NCBI RefSeq assembly: GCF_036588685.1
Contig: NC_086373.1
Location: forward strand, 40,920,001-40,984,000
Direction of reading: 5' to 3'
Length of the DNA stretch: 64,000 nt
DNA from: Mytilus trossulus
Taxonomy: Eukaryota
The notes under the pieces are model-generated. The model searched no databases and was not told where the DNA came from. It worked only from the letters and a program-made list of their open reading frames with translations. Below are positions 1-11,299 of the stretch, piece by piece. A program made the translations under genes and the position numbers. The number at the start of each line of letters is the position of its first letter. Position 1 is the stretch's first letter.

Positions 1-139
1 AAATGAATTTCATTCTCAATTGAATTCAAGAACAAAATTTACAAATTCTTTTCTAAAGTTCATTTGGATAAGTTATCAAATAAACAATAACACTTGTATT
101 GAAGCGATTAAGAAATTAAGAAAAGGAAACAATTTTTAC

Positions 140-649
140 CTTCAATCTGTACCTTCCATTCTCCTAAATTTTCCCAATTTGTGTATATTCCAATGCTTCT
201 CACTGTAAAAGGATTTGGGTCGGTCAACTCAGCTATAACATTTCTACCAACGATAAGTCCTTTTCCCATCATTATAACTCCGTGTATAGCACTGATCCAG
301 AATGGTCGGTATTCATCGCATTTACAAACGTCAGGAGTGTCGTAAAGGACGCTTTGCTGGCTACCCGGTGTAAGTGAATCGTCATTCCGTCTTTGAATAG
401 CTGATTTTAAATTTGTCCAGCCACCAATAATAAAATTATACATGGACTTTGAGGAGTCTTCATCGTCTGAATTCGACATAATAATTGCAACATCTTGACA
501 TGCCTTCACCTCAAATGTTATTGTCGTAATTCCGCTTAAATCAAGACCATTTTTGTTGATATCAACAACGTAATGCAAAATATCAGCGACTTGCAAAAAA
601 CTCTTGTGTCCATTGTTTGGTGTTGTAAATGTATTTTCAATCACCAGTC
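140..649 (-). CDS. Internal coding exon of a secreted protein with a farnesoic acid O-methyltransferase (FAMeT / Methyltransf_FA)-type domain; gene continues off the left edge
   Basis: ORF 108-671 contains FEVKACQDVAI..YNFIIGGWTNLKSAIQR..TPDVCKCDEYRPFWIS..GKG..TDPNPFTVRSIGI, the FAMeT-domain pattern. Acceptor TTTATAG at 650-651 and donor GTAAAA at 139 give a 510-nt phase 1-1 exon. Confidence 0.85.
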
Positions 650-2375
650 CTATAAAATAATATATAACCAATCCAGTTCACTCAGAGTAAGACAGGAAAA
701 TATATGATAAACAAGAGGGGATAAGATACTTGTACTAAAGGGGCATTCAAAACAAAAGAAAAACAGACAGCACCATGACTAGAAGAAGAAAAAGGAATAG
801 ACACACGGTACACAAAACATTAAAACGAAAATTGGAAACAACAGGGGAAGAAGCAAAATTCCATTTTCCTCCTAAATTAATTTGCTATGACATACTCTTT
901 ACAATTCAGTTTAAAAAAGGGGAGGGCACGTTAAGCAGGTAAATTACGGAAATGTTTATTAATAAGTCATCGTCTTGATTTCTGTTCGTAGTCATCAACG
1001 CTGTATAAAATTTGAAACTAAGCCCCTTTGGTTTGTTGACTCAAAAAAGAAAAAGAAAGGACGAACAAGTTTACTTAATACTACGCTACAAACGTATTCA
1101 TACACATTTTATATTATAGGAAGACAAAACTATACAAAACGGCGTACTACCAATCAGATAAAAATGTAATTTGTTGATATTGTAGTTCAAATTGGTGTAT
1201 CTTATTAATTTACTGATTGTAAACTTTTATATAAATTGAGGTCAAATATTTTTGAATGTCGTAGAATATGAAAGCTACATGTATTTATTTTATTCCTATT
1301 GGATGCATGTGTTGTGAGACATTGATATGATTATTGTTGCTTGATTATTTATGCAATTATTTTAAAATTTACGACAGAGAAATGAGACTTGCAGAATTTA
1401 GCCTGCAACCGGTCGTTTTACTATACGTATAAAAGTGTGCGATATACATATAACATACAATGCTGTTTACTGCTTTAATTATGAGCGAGCGGCAATATTA
1501 AAATTAGCGTGTTTAGTTTCTTCTTCGCAGTCCGCGTTCATACAATTTATTAATAATAAAAAAAAAATTATTTTGTTCTGTTTTAGATGAAAATTCAGAT
1601 TTTGGATTTAATATCAATAAAATCTGTAGCTTTGACTTTTATGTCGATAATCTACAAAGCTAAAAGAGTATTCGGGGTTTTTCTCTGGGAAATAAATGGT
1701 TCAAACTTATAGAGATAAAGTTAAGATTTTACAGGTTGTTCTCGCATATGAAACCTCTCTAGCAGTAAAAACTTTCTCAAATTTTATTTAAAACAACTTC
1801 CCGAATACTAGAACATTCTCAAAATCAAATCAAAATGACGTCACAAATATTCCTACTAAGTACTCAGTTGAAAAGACATATCCAATTGCATTTCAATTGC
1901 AATGAACAACATATGTTGATAAACAATGTAATTATTATTGTTCTCAACAAAACCTTTGAATTTCATGATGAAACAAAAAAGAAAAAGAAAAACTGATAGC
2001 TTCAAAGTAAAGAGTGATTTGAAATCAGGCATCTAAAATCTTTATTTTCAGCTATGATTACCTACTGTACATTTCTCCACCACAAAAGATTCCGTTCTAT
2101 AAGAGGACAAAACTTTCATTATAAAAGAAACACCGGGAGAGTAGATTTTTTAATAAATATGCTGGCCAAAAAAACTGAGAGTGAAAAATAGGGAAAAACT
2201 ATATCACATGTACCATGTCTTTTTTTAGTTAAGAAATTTAAAACAACTTAAAAAACAAAAGATTGAAATTTTGTATGCATTTAAAACTTGTTGAATTACA
2301 TCTGAATAGCGAAAACATGTATGTGTAGCATTTATACTTCAAGCAATACAATGAATTATATTATGTTAGTCTTAC

Positions 2376-2430
2376 CTAAAGTCTTCACAGCAACAATACT
2401 TAAGAGGAATAATCTTTGACCAAATGTCAT
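2376..2430 (-). CDS. First coding exon (signal peptide) of the FAMeT-domain gene
   Basis: Reads ATG..MTFGQRLFLLSIVAVKTL-G|GTAAG. This 55-nt phase-1 exon joins in frame to the 649 exon (G|GA = Gly). Not in the ORF track. Confidence 0.75.
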
Positions 2431-2819
2431 CTTCTACTCATTAAGCCAAATTATTGTAGAATTATGAAAGTAGTTCTTTTCTTTACTGATATAAATATCA
2501 ACAAGATATATAAAATATTTAGCGAAAGTCGATATCGCTATCTACATGACCGTATATAATTCCATAACGGCATTCTTATTGGAAAATTAAGTACACGTGT
2601 GTTGTATAATGTTCCCATGAAATGATCGGAGATTGTCGGATTTAAGTTTTAGTTCCATGATCAATATTAAATAGAATTTTGAAATAACCATAGCTTACGT
2701 CATGTATATCATGACGAATAGATATTCTATGCACAGGTAACTAGTCAGGTTTATCATACACAAATCTTTACAAACATTTGACAACAAACTATTAAGGAAA
2801 GGAGCATTCATTTTTGCTG

Positions 2820-3325
2820 TTCTATACGTCTACTTCAATTAAATATATTCCAGGGCTTGCATTTTCTATCATGATTTCCTTGATAGAGGATTGCTGCTCA
2901 CAAAAAAGCTTTTTAACCAAGAGTTGCAAGTTGTGAATTTGAAATCATCTCTTCGAAAATTTAACGGACCCAATCACGAGTTGTATATTATGGAATATCT
3001 GTTTTACAGATGACGACGGATATGTTCCACTGTTTGTAACCTCTTATCCCCGAATGTGACCTACGAAATTAGACTTATTACCGAGGTTGTATTAACATGT
3101 GCAACACGATGGGTTTCACATGAGTAGCAGGATCTGCTTAGCCTTCCGGAGCACCAGAGATCACCCCCGGTTTTTTGTTAGGTTCATGTTGCTCAGTCTT
3201 TAGTTTTCTATGTTGTTTTTTTTATATTTTTGTTTGTCTTTTAGTCTTTTTCGTTTTTTTGCTTTGGCATGGTCAGCTTATTTCTTACTTATGAGTTTGA
3301 ATATCCTTTTGGTATTTTTCGCTTA
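2820..3325 (+). mobile_element. 3' end of a Penelope-like retroelement (RT C-terminus plus 3' UTR)
   Basis: Translates as YSRACIFYHDFLDRGLLLTKKLFNQELQVVNLKSSLRKFNGPNHEL, resembling a PLE RT thumb. It is followed by a GAGCAGGATCTGCTTA..CCTTCCGGAGCAC-like block and T-rich tail that recur at ~51970-52140. Confidence 0.6.
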
Positions 3326-3599
3326 TTCTGTAATTTGAGATGTATTTAACAATAATTCATACTCTACCAATAGTGCAATCATTTGGTAGTAATCCTGACC
3401 TCATGGAAATAAGATATCGTGAAACCCAGCGATAAGTTTTTGCAAGCATTAGGTTTTTCGTAAAGGTAGTCCGTAAATTATACGCCATAGCGAAAAGGTC
3501 ATCCTGGCAAAAAGAGTTCTAAAGTAGGATGTAAAACTGTGCCTTTTTACCACGCCTTTGGTAAAAAAATAAAAATATTTTCACGGAATTTAAACTTAA

Positions 3600-4402
3600 G
3601 GTCAAGGAACAGTAAATAGGCTATGTCGCAGATTTTGCTAAAAAAATTGCATACAACCTTAGCTTGTTGATTTACAACTGAAAATCGAAAAAATAATACA
3701 TTTATCTCTTTTATTATCTGAAAAATTGCAGATTGATTTCTTTTAATATGGGTGAATATTTGCATAGAAAGCACAAAAATCGGCGAAAAACCTTCTAAAA
3801 TTTGTCTTAAAATCGCCAAATCTCTTATTCTACTCCATAGATATTTCTTAAAAAACTATATATTGTTGACGCATAAATTTCTGTTTTTATGATATAAAAT
3901 ATTCATAGGGTCACCGACTTCGTTTTTTGTCTAATAATCAATTTGTTACCTTGTTGGGAGTGAAAAACGTCAAAAACTAACGTTTTACGGCCTGCAACGC
4001 GATAACGTTACGATTATTTCGACGTTTTGTTGGATTTTTTCACAAAGAACGCAACTTTGAATGATGTATACCGTTAAAACGAAGTCGGTGACCCTATCTT
4101 TATTTTGCATCATTATAACGGAAATTTATGTATCAACAACAAATAGTTTTTTAAGAAAAATCTATGGAGTAGAATTAGAGATTTGACGATTTTAAGACAA
4201 ATTTTAGAAGGGTTTTCGCCGATTTTATGTGCTTTCTATACAAATGTTCACCCATTTTGTAAGAATTCAATCAGTAATATTTCAAAGGATAATTGAGATA
4301 AATGCATTATTATTTCGATTTTCAGTTGAAGTTCATCGAGCCAGAGTTGTATGCCAAATTTTACTGAAATCTAAGACATAGCCCATTTACTGTAACTTGA
4401 CC
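3600..4402. mobile_element. Non-autonomous Kolobok-type MITE with ~330-bp TIRs
   Basis: Termini GGTCAAG..CTTGACC; TTAA at 3596-3599 and 4403-4406; long imperfect inverted repeats (3600-3927 vs ~4076-4402). Absent from duplicate copy 2 (site near 6722). A TTAA TSD with RR..YY ends fits Kolobok. Confidence 0.8.
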
Positions 4403-4487
4403 TTAAAGCTACATTTCGTGATTTTTATCTCTTTCAAATACACAAATTTACGTCACATTCTTAGGAATAGTTTTATTTGATTACCAG

Positions 4488-5137
4488 GGGTGGTGTTCTC
4501 GAAGCTATCTTTGGATTAGGACGTGTCCTAAGTCTATCTTATGACAAGTCTTTGTCCCAAGTCGTGTTCTCGAAGCTCTCTTAACTTATGATATATCTCA
4601 TTTTTCGTCCTAACTTTAGGACACCCAACAAGGTGTCTTAAGAGCATCCTATCTTCATCCTAGTGTAATAAAGTTTGGATTTCGCTTTTTGCTCATTATT
4701 TTACGTGAAAATGAACATGAAATGAAACGCACCATCGGTTATTAACTCGTACATAAAGAAAAGGTGCATGATTTTAAACTTTGAACTTCGTGTTTCACGA
4801 TACGAATATACTAAAAATTTAATTCTCTTTTCAAAACAAATTGTTTTTATATATAATTACATTGGTAATTATGCAATTTATTCTGTACATGTTATTATAA
4901 AATTCGTAAACAATTTTATTAAATGTTTTCGTCATTAATAAATGTTTTATCAACAAATATCTTTAAAGATTTAAAATTTCGACTTAGGATATGTTTAGGA
5001 CGTCCTAACATAAGATTCGTCTGAGATAGCTTCGAGACACAACTTAAGAGTGTCCTAAGTTGATCTTAAGTCCGTCCTAAAATTGGTCTTATCTATGACT
5101 TAGGACGAATCTTAGGATACTTTCGAGAACACCACCC
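4488..5137. mobile_element. Non-autonomous PIF/Harbinger-type MITE
   Basis: TIR GGGTGGTGTTCTCGAA / TTCGAGAACACCACCC; 3-bp TSD CAG (4485-4487, 5138-5140). Empty site TTACCAGATGA at ~6800 in copy 2. Many CTTAGGA/TCCTAAG subterminal repeats. Confidence 0.85.
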
Positions 5138-5234
5138 CAGATGATTTTGTGTTGGATCTAGAGAATATAACATCTGGTATTTTGTAAATAAACTATATTA
5201 AACAAACCAAAAGGTTTAGTGATTTGGTGCTATC

Positions 5235-5515
5235 TTACTAGTTTAACTCTGCTACATTCTGTATGTGCCTGTCCCTACTTAGTAGTTGTCATTTGTTGCT
5301 GTGTTACATATTTGTGTTTCGTTCATTATTTGCACATACATTAGGCTGTTAAGTGTTTTACATTTGTCATTTAGGGGCCTTTATAGTTGACTATGCGGTA
5401 TGGATTTTGCTCATTTTTGAAGGCCGTACAGTGACCTATAGTTGTTAATTTCTGTGTCATTTAGTCTATTGTGGTGTGTTGTCTCAGTGGCAATCATACA
5501 ACATCTTCTTTTGTA
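5235..5515 (+). repeat. Dispersed repeat family (further copies ~6900-7180 and degenerate ~52240-52470), starting with a truncated twister-like motif
   Basis: Shared block GAAGGCCGTAC(A/G)GTGACCTATAGTTG..TTGTCTCAGTGGCAATCA..CATCTTCTT. The 5' part reads TTTAAC..ACAT..ATGT-GCCTGTCCC. Confidence 0.7.
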
Positions 5516-8033
5516 TATGTAGGTTTGAGTGGCTCGAACAAAACGTGTATAGATGAGATATTTTCGCAAGGTTGATCATCATTCTTAAATTGAAATACAA
5601 TGTATTATATAAAAACGACACTTTAATTTTAGTCGTCAATCATTTCCTTTTCACGTCTTAGTGTAGCATAAACAAACTCGTTGAAAAAAACTTTTACCTT
5701 TTTTATTTTTATTATCGCCTGACATAATCATATATCATATATCGCAATAAAACCGTAGATAAGAACAATAGTGAAATATTTTTTTTATAAGTGTTCAGTT
5801 ATGTGGTTAATTGCAAAACCATAAAATAAAGTTTGCACTATGATTGAGTGATTTAAATGGGAATTTTACATCATAGCATTTTACAAGATCTTATCTTCGT
5901 GTACTATAAACATGGAATAATTTATGGAGTTGATTGATTGTTGTTTGCCTTACGTCCAGTGGCAAATAACATGCATGTTCATGACGAGAACACATTAATT
6001 GTAAATACAATATCTAGGTCTTGCAATAGGAAGCCGACAGTGTGGTAGGACCGTGAAATTGGAATACCACTAAAAACTGAGGGAATATTGAATAAGGACA
6101 GAAATTTAGCATTGCAACAGCTGGCCACATCCGGCCCCATCCACACCCCTTAAATAATTGGTGCAAGAGTAACTTGTTTGCAGAAAGCGTTGATACATAA
6201 AATCTATACTGAAGTCGGTCATCCATATTTATGTGAAGTTTCTAATATAATTTAACACATCTAATTTAGGTTAGTTGCTTTTAACTCGCTTTAGTAACTG
6301 TGAAGTTTTTGTGAAACTAATAATTGTACATTAGGTTTTGGTATGATATTCTGTACTACCGCTTTCCTGGGTTTTGTTCGTGTGTGTGTTCACCTCGAGA
6401 GCGGGGGGTTGTTGGTTCAAACCCCGCCCGGGTCAAACAAAGACGTTAAAATTGGTATTTGCTGTTTAACAATAATTCATACTCTACCAATAGTGCAATC
6501 ATTTGGTAGTAATCCTGACCTCATGGAAATAAGATATCGTGAAACCCAGCGATAAGTTTGTGCAATCGTTCGGTTTTTCGTAAAAGTAGTCCGTAAATTA
6601 TACGCCATAGCGTAAAGGTGATCCTGGCAAAAAAAGTTTTAAAGTAGGATGTAAAACGGTGCCTTTTTACTACGCCTTTGGTAAAAAAAAAAAAAAAAAA
6701 AAAAGTTTAACGGAATTTAAACTAAAGCTACATTTCGTGATTTTTATCTCTTTCAAATACACAAATTTACGTCACATTCTTAGGAATAGTTTTATTTGAT
6801 TACCAGATGATTTTGTTTTGGATCTAGAGAATATAACATCTGGTATTTTGTAAATAAACTATATTAAACAAACCAAAAGGTTTAGTGATTTGGTGCTATC
6901 TTACTAGTTTAACCCTGCTACATTCTGTATGTGCCTGTCCCTATTCAGTAGTTGTCATTTGTTGCTGTGTTACATATTTGTTATTCGTTCATTATTTTGC
7001 ACAGAAATTAGGCTGTTTAGTTTTTTAAATTTGTCATTTCGGGGCCTTTATAGCTGACTATGTAGTTTAGATTTTGCTCATTGTTAAAGGCCGTACGGTG
7101 ACCTATAGTTGTTAGTTTCTGTGTCATTTGGATTATTGTGGTGTGTTGTCTCAGTGGCAATCACACTACATCTTCTTTTTATATGTAGGTTTGAGTGGCT
7201 CGATCAAAACATGTATAGATGAGATATTTTCGGAAGGTTGATCTCATCATGCTTAAATTGAAATACAATGTATTATATGAAAACAAACACTTGTATTTTA
7301 GTCGTCAATCATTCCCTTTTCACGTCTTAGTGTAGCATAAACAAACTCGTTGAAAAAAACCTTTTACCTTTCTTCTTTTTATTATCGCCTGACAAAATCA
7401 TATATCATATATCGCAATAAAACCGTAGATAAGAACCATAGTGAAATATATTTTTTTATAAGTGTTCAGTTATGTGGTTAATTGCAAAACCATAAAAAAA
7501 AAGTGTGCACTAGTATTGAGTGATTTAAATGGAAATTTTACATCATAGCATTTTACAAGATCTTGTCTTCGTGTACTATAAACATGGAATAATTTATGGA
7601 GTTAATTGATTGTTGTTTGCCTTACGTCAAGTGGCAAATATTTCATACATGTTCATGCCGAGAACACATTAATTGTTAATACAATATCTAGGTCTTGCAG
7701 TAGGAAGCCGACAGTGTGGTAGGACCGTGAAATTGGAATACCACTAGAAACTGAGGGAATATTCAATAAGGACAGAAATTTAGCATTGCAACAGCCGGCC
7801 ACATCCGGCCCCATCCACACCCCTTAAATAATTGGTGCAAGAGTAACTTGTTTGCAGAAAGCGTTGATCCATCAAATTTATACTGAAGTCGGTCATCCAT
7901 ATTTACGTGTAGTTTCTAATATAATTTAACACATCTAATTTAGGTTAGATGCTTTAAGATCGCTTTAGTAACTGTGAAGTTTTTGTGAAACAAATTATTA
8001 CATACATAAGGTTTTGGTATGATATTCTGTACT

Positions 8034-9580
8034 ACCGCCCTCCTGTATGTTTTTCGTGTGTGGGTTCACCTGGAGAGCGGGATGTACTTGGTTCGAAACA
8101 CGACTGGGTCAAACAAAGACGTTGACACTGGTATTTATTGTTTCAACGCTTAATTAGCGGCATTTAGGAGTTAGAGCACAGACTTGTCGGCTCGGAGTCA
8201 GATATATTTCCGAGTAGGGTGACTAATATTCCTGAGAACTGATATCTTGTGAACTTATGTGAAAAAACACGATTCAGCGTATCGGACTAGTACAAAGCAG
8301 TGTTAATACTCATATTATTAGGTCTTTCCACTTTTCTGTGGAAAGACCTATTGTTTTTCTTCTGATTATTTTTTTTTTTTTTTTTTCTTCCGCCTAATTT
8401 TCTTCTTGCGATAAACATTTATTTCGCAATACGTCGCTTAGATATTTGGTATATGATATCGAACAGTTTATGCGCTTTTGAAATTTACCCTGCGTAAACG
8501 AATACTTTTCTTTGTAGGAGTTATCTCCCCAAACACTGTTTACCTTGTTAGCGCAACTCCTTCGCAACCGTAAAATATTATGACAAATTTATTTTACAAA
8601 ATTGCTCGTTATATCCTTCGCATGATTTGTCCTATTTTGACCGAAGTGATATGAACGCTCCATATGAGAGTTATTTCCCCTTATGCATTTGATATAAGTG
8701 ATATGCATTTCTATCTTGTAAACCATAAGTGCTAGAGACCAAGGATCTTTTGATTTGAGGTCCTTGGTCCAAAAATATAAAAATTAGGTCAAGGTTAAAG
8801 GTCAAGGTCATATTCTAATTTTTGAATTTGGCTTATTTCCACTAATTTCCAGAAACCGTATAAGATATCGACATATTATCTTTTATAAATTGTTAGTTTC
8901 GACATGTCGTAACACATAAATTTTGATTGCAAGGGTACGTTAAACGTAAAAGTGAGTTTTCTCCCCTCTTGTATTTAAAAATACGTGTATGGTGATATAA
9001 CTGATTAACCAAATATTATTAAGACCTATGGTCTTTTGATTTGATGTCCTTGGTTTATGACCTTGAAATTGATCTCAAGGTCATAGATTAATATGACGTT
9101 CTAGTTTTTGACCTTTGCTTTCAGCTCATATGTATACATGATATAGCCATGAGACTTTTGGCAAAAGGTATCAAAACAATTTAACCTTGAAAAAAACAAC
9201 CGGAAGTGACCTTGTGTAAGCCGGAAGTAGCTTTTTTTTGTACTTTATTAGTAAAAAAGTATATAGAACCAGATCATTTTGGAATCAGTGTCAATTAAAT
9301 ATTCAAATATTATCGGAAGTAACATTTTTCAAAACGGAAGTAACAAATTATCTCCCTTATTAAAAAAAATATTGTATAGAAACCATATATTTCTGGAATC
9401 AGCGTACAATAACCTATCAGTTGACGATTGAAATGACATTTTAAACTTAATTTTACAACTTTCATATTAAAACACATTGTTTTCAATGGAAAGACCTTCA
9501 ATTGTTCTCTGAACAATTGGTTTTTAATATGTACATGTTATCGTCCTGAATATTCATTTAATATGCGGCTGGACGTCATC
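8034..9580 (+). mobile_element. Degenerate tRNA-derived SINE (Meta-domain-like body) interrupted by a Helentron-type element; truncated duplicate at 6358-6463
   Basis: B-box-like GGTTCGAAAC at ~8090, then GGGTCAAACAAAGAC..GGTATTT..GCATTTAGGAG..AGAGCA..GGCTCGGAGTCAG. A tail-like segment resumes after 9526. Family assignment is from recalled bivalve SINE consensus. Confidence 0.55.
8315..9525 (+). mobile_element. Helentron-associated non-autonomous element (HINE/DINE-1-like)
   Basis: 5' palindrome AGGTCTTTCCA-N8-TGGAAAGACCT (8320-8349); 3' subterminal TGGAAAGACCT (9487-9497) followed by hairpin CAATTGTTC-TCT-GAACAATTG and a T-run; no TSD. Confidence 0.8.
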
Positions 9581-10238
9581 CTTTGTCATCATTTATTTTA
9601 CCGTTATACTATACAGTGAAGTGTTTTTCTTCTACTTGTTTATATTACACCTTCTTTAATTTCCACCGATCGAAATTTAAAAACGGTAGGTGATATGTTT
9701 CAATCAAACTCTTGTGCCTGTTGGGATATCATTAACGGTAAATACTATTAAATCAAATGGCCCTGTTGGAATATCTTTGACGGTGAATATTATTAAATTA
9801 ACTCCGTATTTTCTAAATCATTGAACGGTTTTGAGATTATTTTATATACGCATCTGTCTATAACAGAAAACTATGTTGACTCTTAATATTTTGATTTGTC
9901 TCTGTCGTTAGATTGCTGCCGCATTAATGTATACCTTTATCTCCTTTGATTCAAAACCAAAGGATTGACTTGGGTATAGTGGGTATAGAAATGTTGACTT
10001 TCTTGACCACCCCTCTTTCGTCCGACAGTAAACCCTTGCTAAAGGGGTGCGTCAGGTTAGCTGTTCAGATGTACGGTCGGAAAAGAAATGTCGTATATTC
10101 GATGCCTTGTGTACATGGTGTAATAAGAGTTTCACGCTATATATAAGCTAAGGAACCATTTGAATAACTCTTTGAGGGGGAAATACGATCTACGCACAAG
10201 TTTAATGGGTTCTGTAAATAACAACAAAGGTCAGCTAA

Positions 10239-10331
10239 GTGTTCAAATATTTCGCATTGCTGATTTTAACACATTTTTTGCGGCTTTCGCTTAGACAATC
10301 GTAGATGAAAAAAATTTAACAAAACCGATCA
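10239..10331 (+). pseudogene. Possible decayed signal-peptide exon of the PTN/midkine-like pseudogene
   Basis: GTG-FKYFALLIL..(frameshift)FFAAFA*TIVDEKNLTKPI ends at a phase-1 donor A|GTAAAA, compatible with the 11300 exon. Confidence 0.3.
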
Positions 10332-11299
10332 GTAAAACTATATCTTAAAAATAAACAAAACGGCCAAAATAAGTTATTTATCCACTTTATCTTTTTTAAC
10401 TTGAAACAGCAATTGTTGTTACCTAGACGAGACTCTTGTCGTTGTACGCTTTAATATATGAGATATTGCCACTCAATGAAGATTTTTTTCTGTTCTACTC
10501 CCCTCCCCCTAGTTTGGTTGGAAAGGATATGTATGTCACTCCTGATGTTGACTAGGTTATTTAATGTTAAAAAAGAGAAAAATGAGGAAAGAAATGCTAA
10601 AATTTACGCTTAAAAAATCAAATATGAATAAAAATCAAATATATAAAAATTGGAAAACTGCATGAGATAATTATGAACTGAAGACTAATTATTATACATC
10701 ACTAAATAGTGGTTAGTAATTTCCAGTGGCAAATATGTCATGCATATTCACGACGGAATGTAAAAGTGGATCAACCTAAATCAAATGATAACAATTTCAG
10801 AGCGATACTTTAATTAGATAGAGCGTTGACTAGAAGTAAAAAGTATGCCGTAATATAATAAAGCTGAACCATGATCAAAATCGTAAGTTAAGCTATAAGC
10901 TCCCCCCCCCCTTTTTTCTCCACGGTAGACGAACGCCAAAAACAAAACGAAATGCATTTACAATCAATGACATAATGTATAACCTATTTTTTTTAATTTT
11001 CCGTCAATAAATTTCGAAACTATTAAGAAACACAAATCCCTCCAGCAATATTGACTTAAGATACAATAAACCATTTGTTGTGTTCCAAATTTAATTTAAT
11101 TCCAAAAAATAAGATATGTAGTTAAATGTATGTTATATCCGGTTTTTTAAATGATATATTTAAGATCTTGTTAAAATTATTATCATGGATAAACATTGAA
11201 CATATAATGTGTCAAAATATTAGTAATTAAACAAAATATGATTTTGTTTACTTATAGTTTTTATTTGAAGCCTTAAAAATGAACAAAACAATTTTTCAG

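Larger units (their letters stand above)
3345..8145. repeat. Tandem duplication of a ~1.7-kb unit (copy 1 3345-6463 with two extra MITEs; copy 2 6464-~8145)
   Basis: Both copies start TTTAACAATAATTCATACTCTACCAATAGTGCAATC and stay collinear with high identity up to GGGTCAAACAAAGACGTT. Confidence 0.95.
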
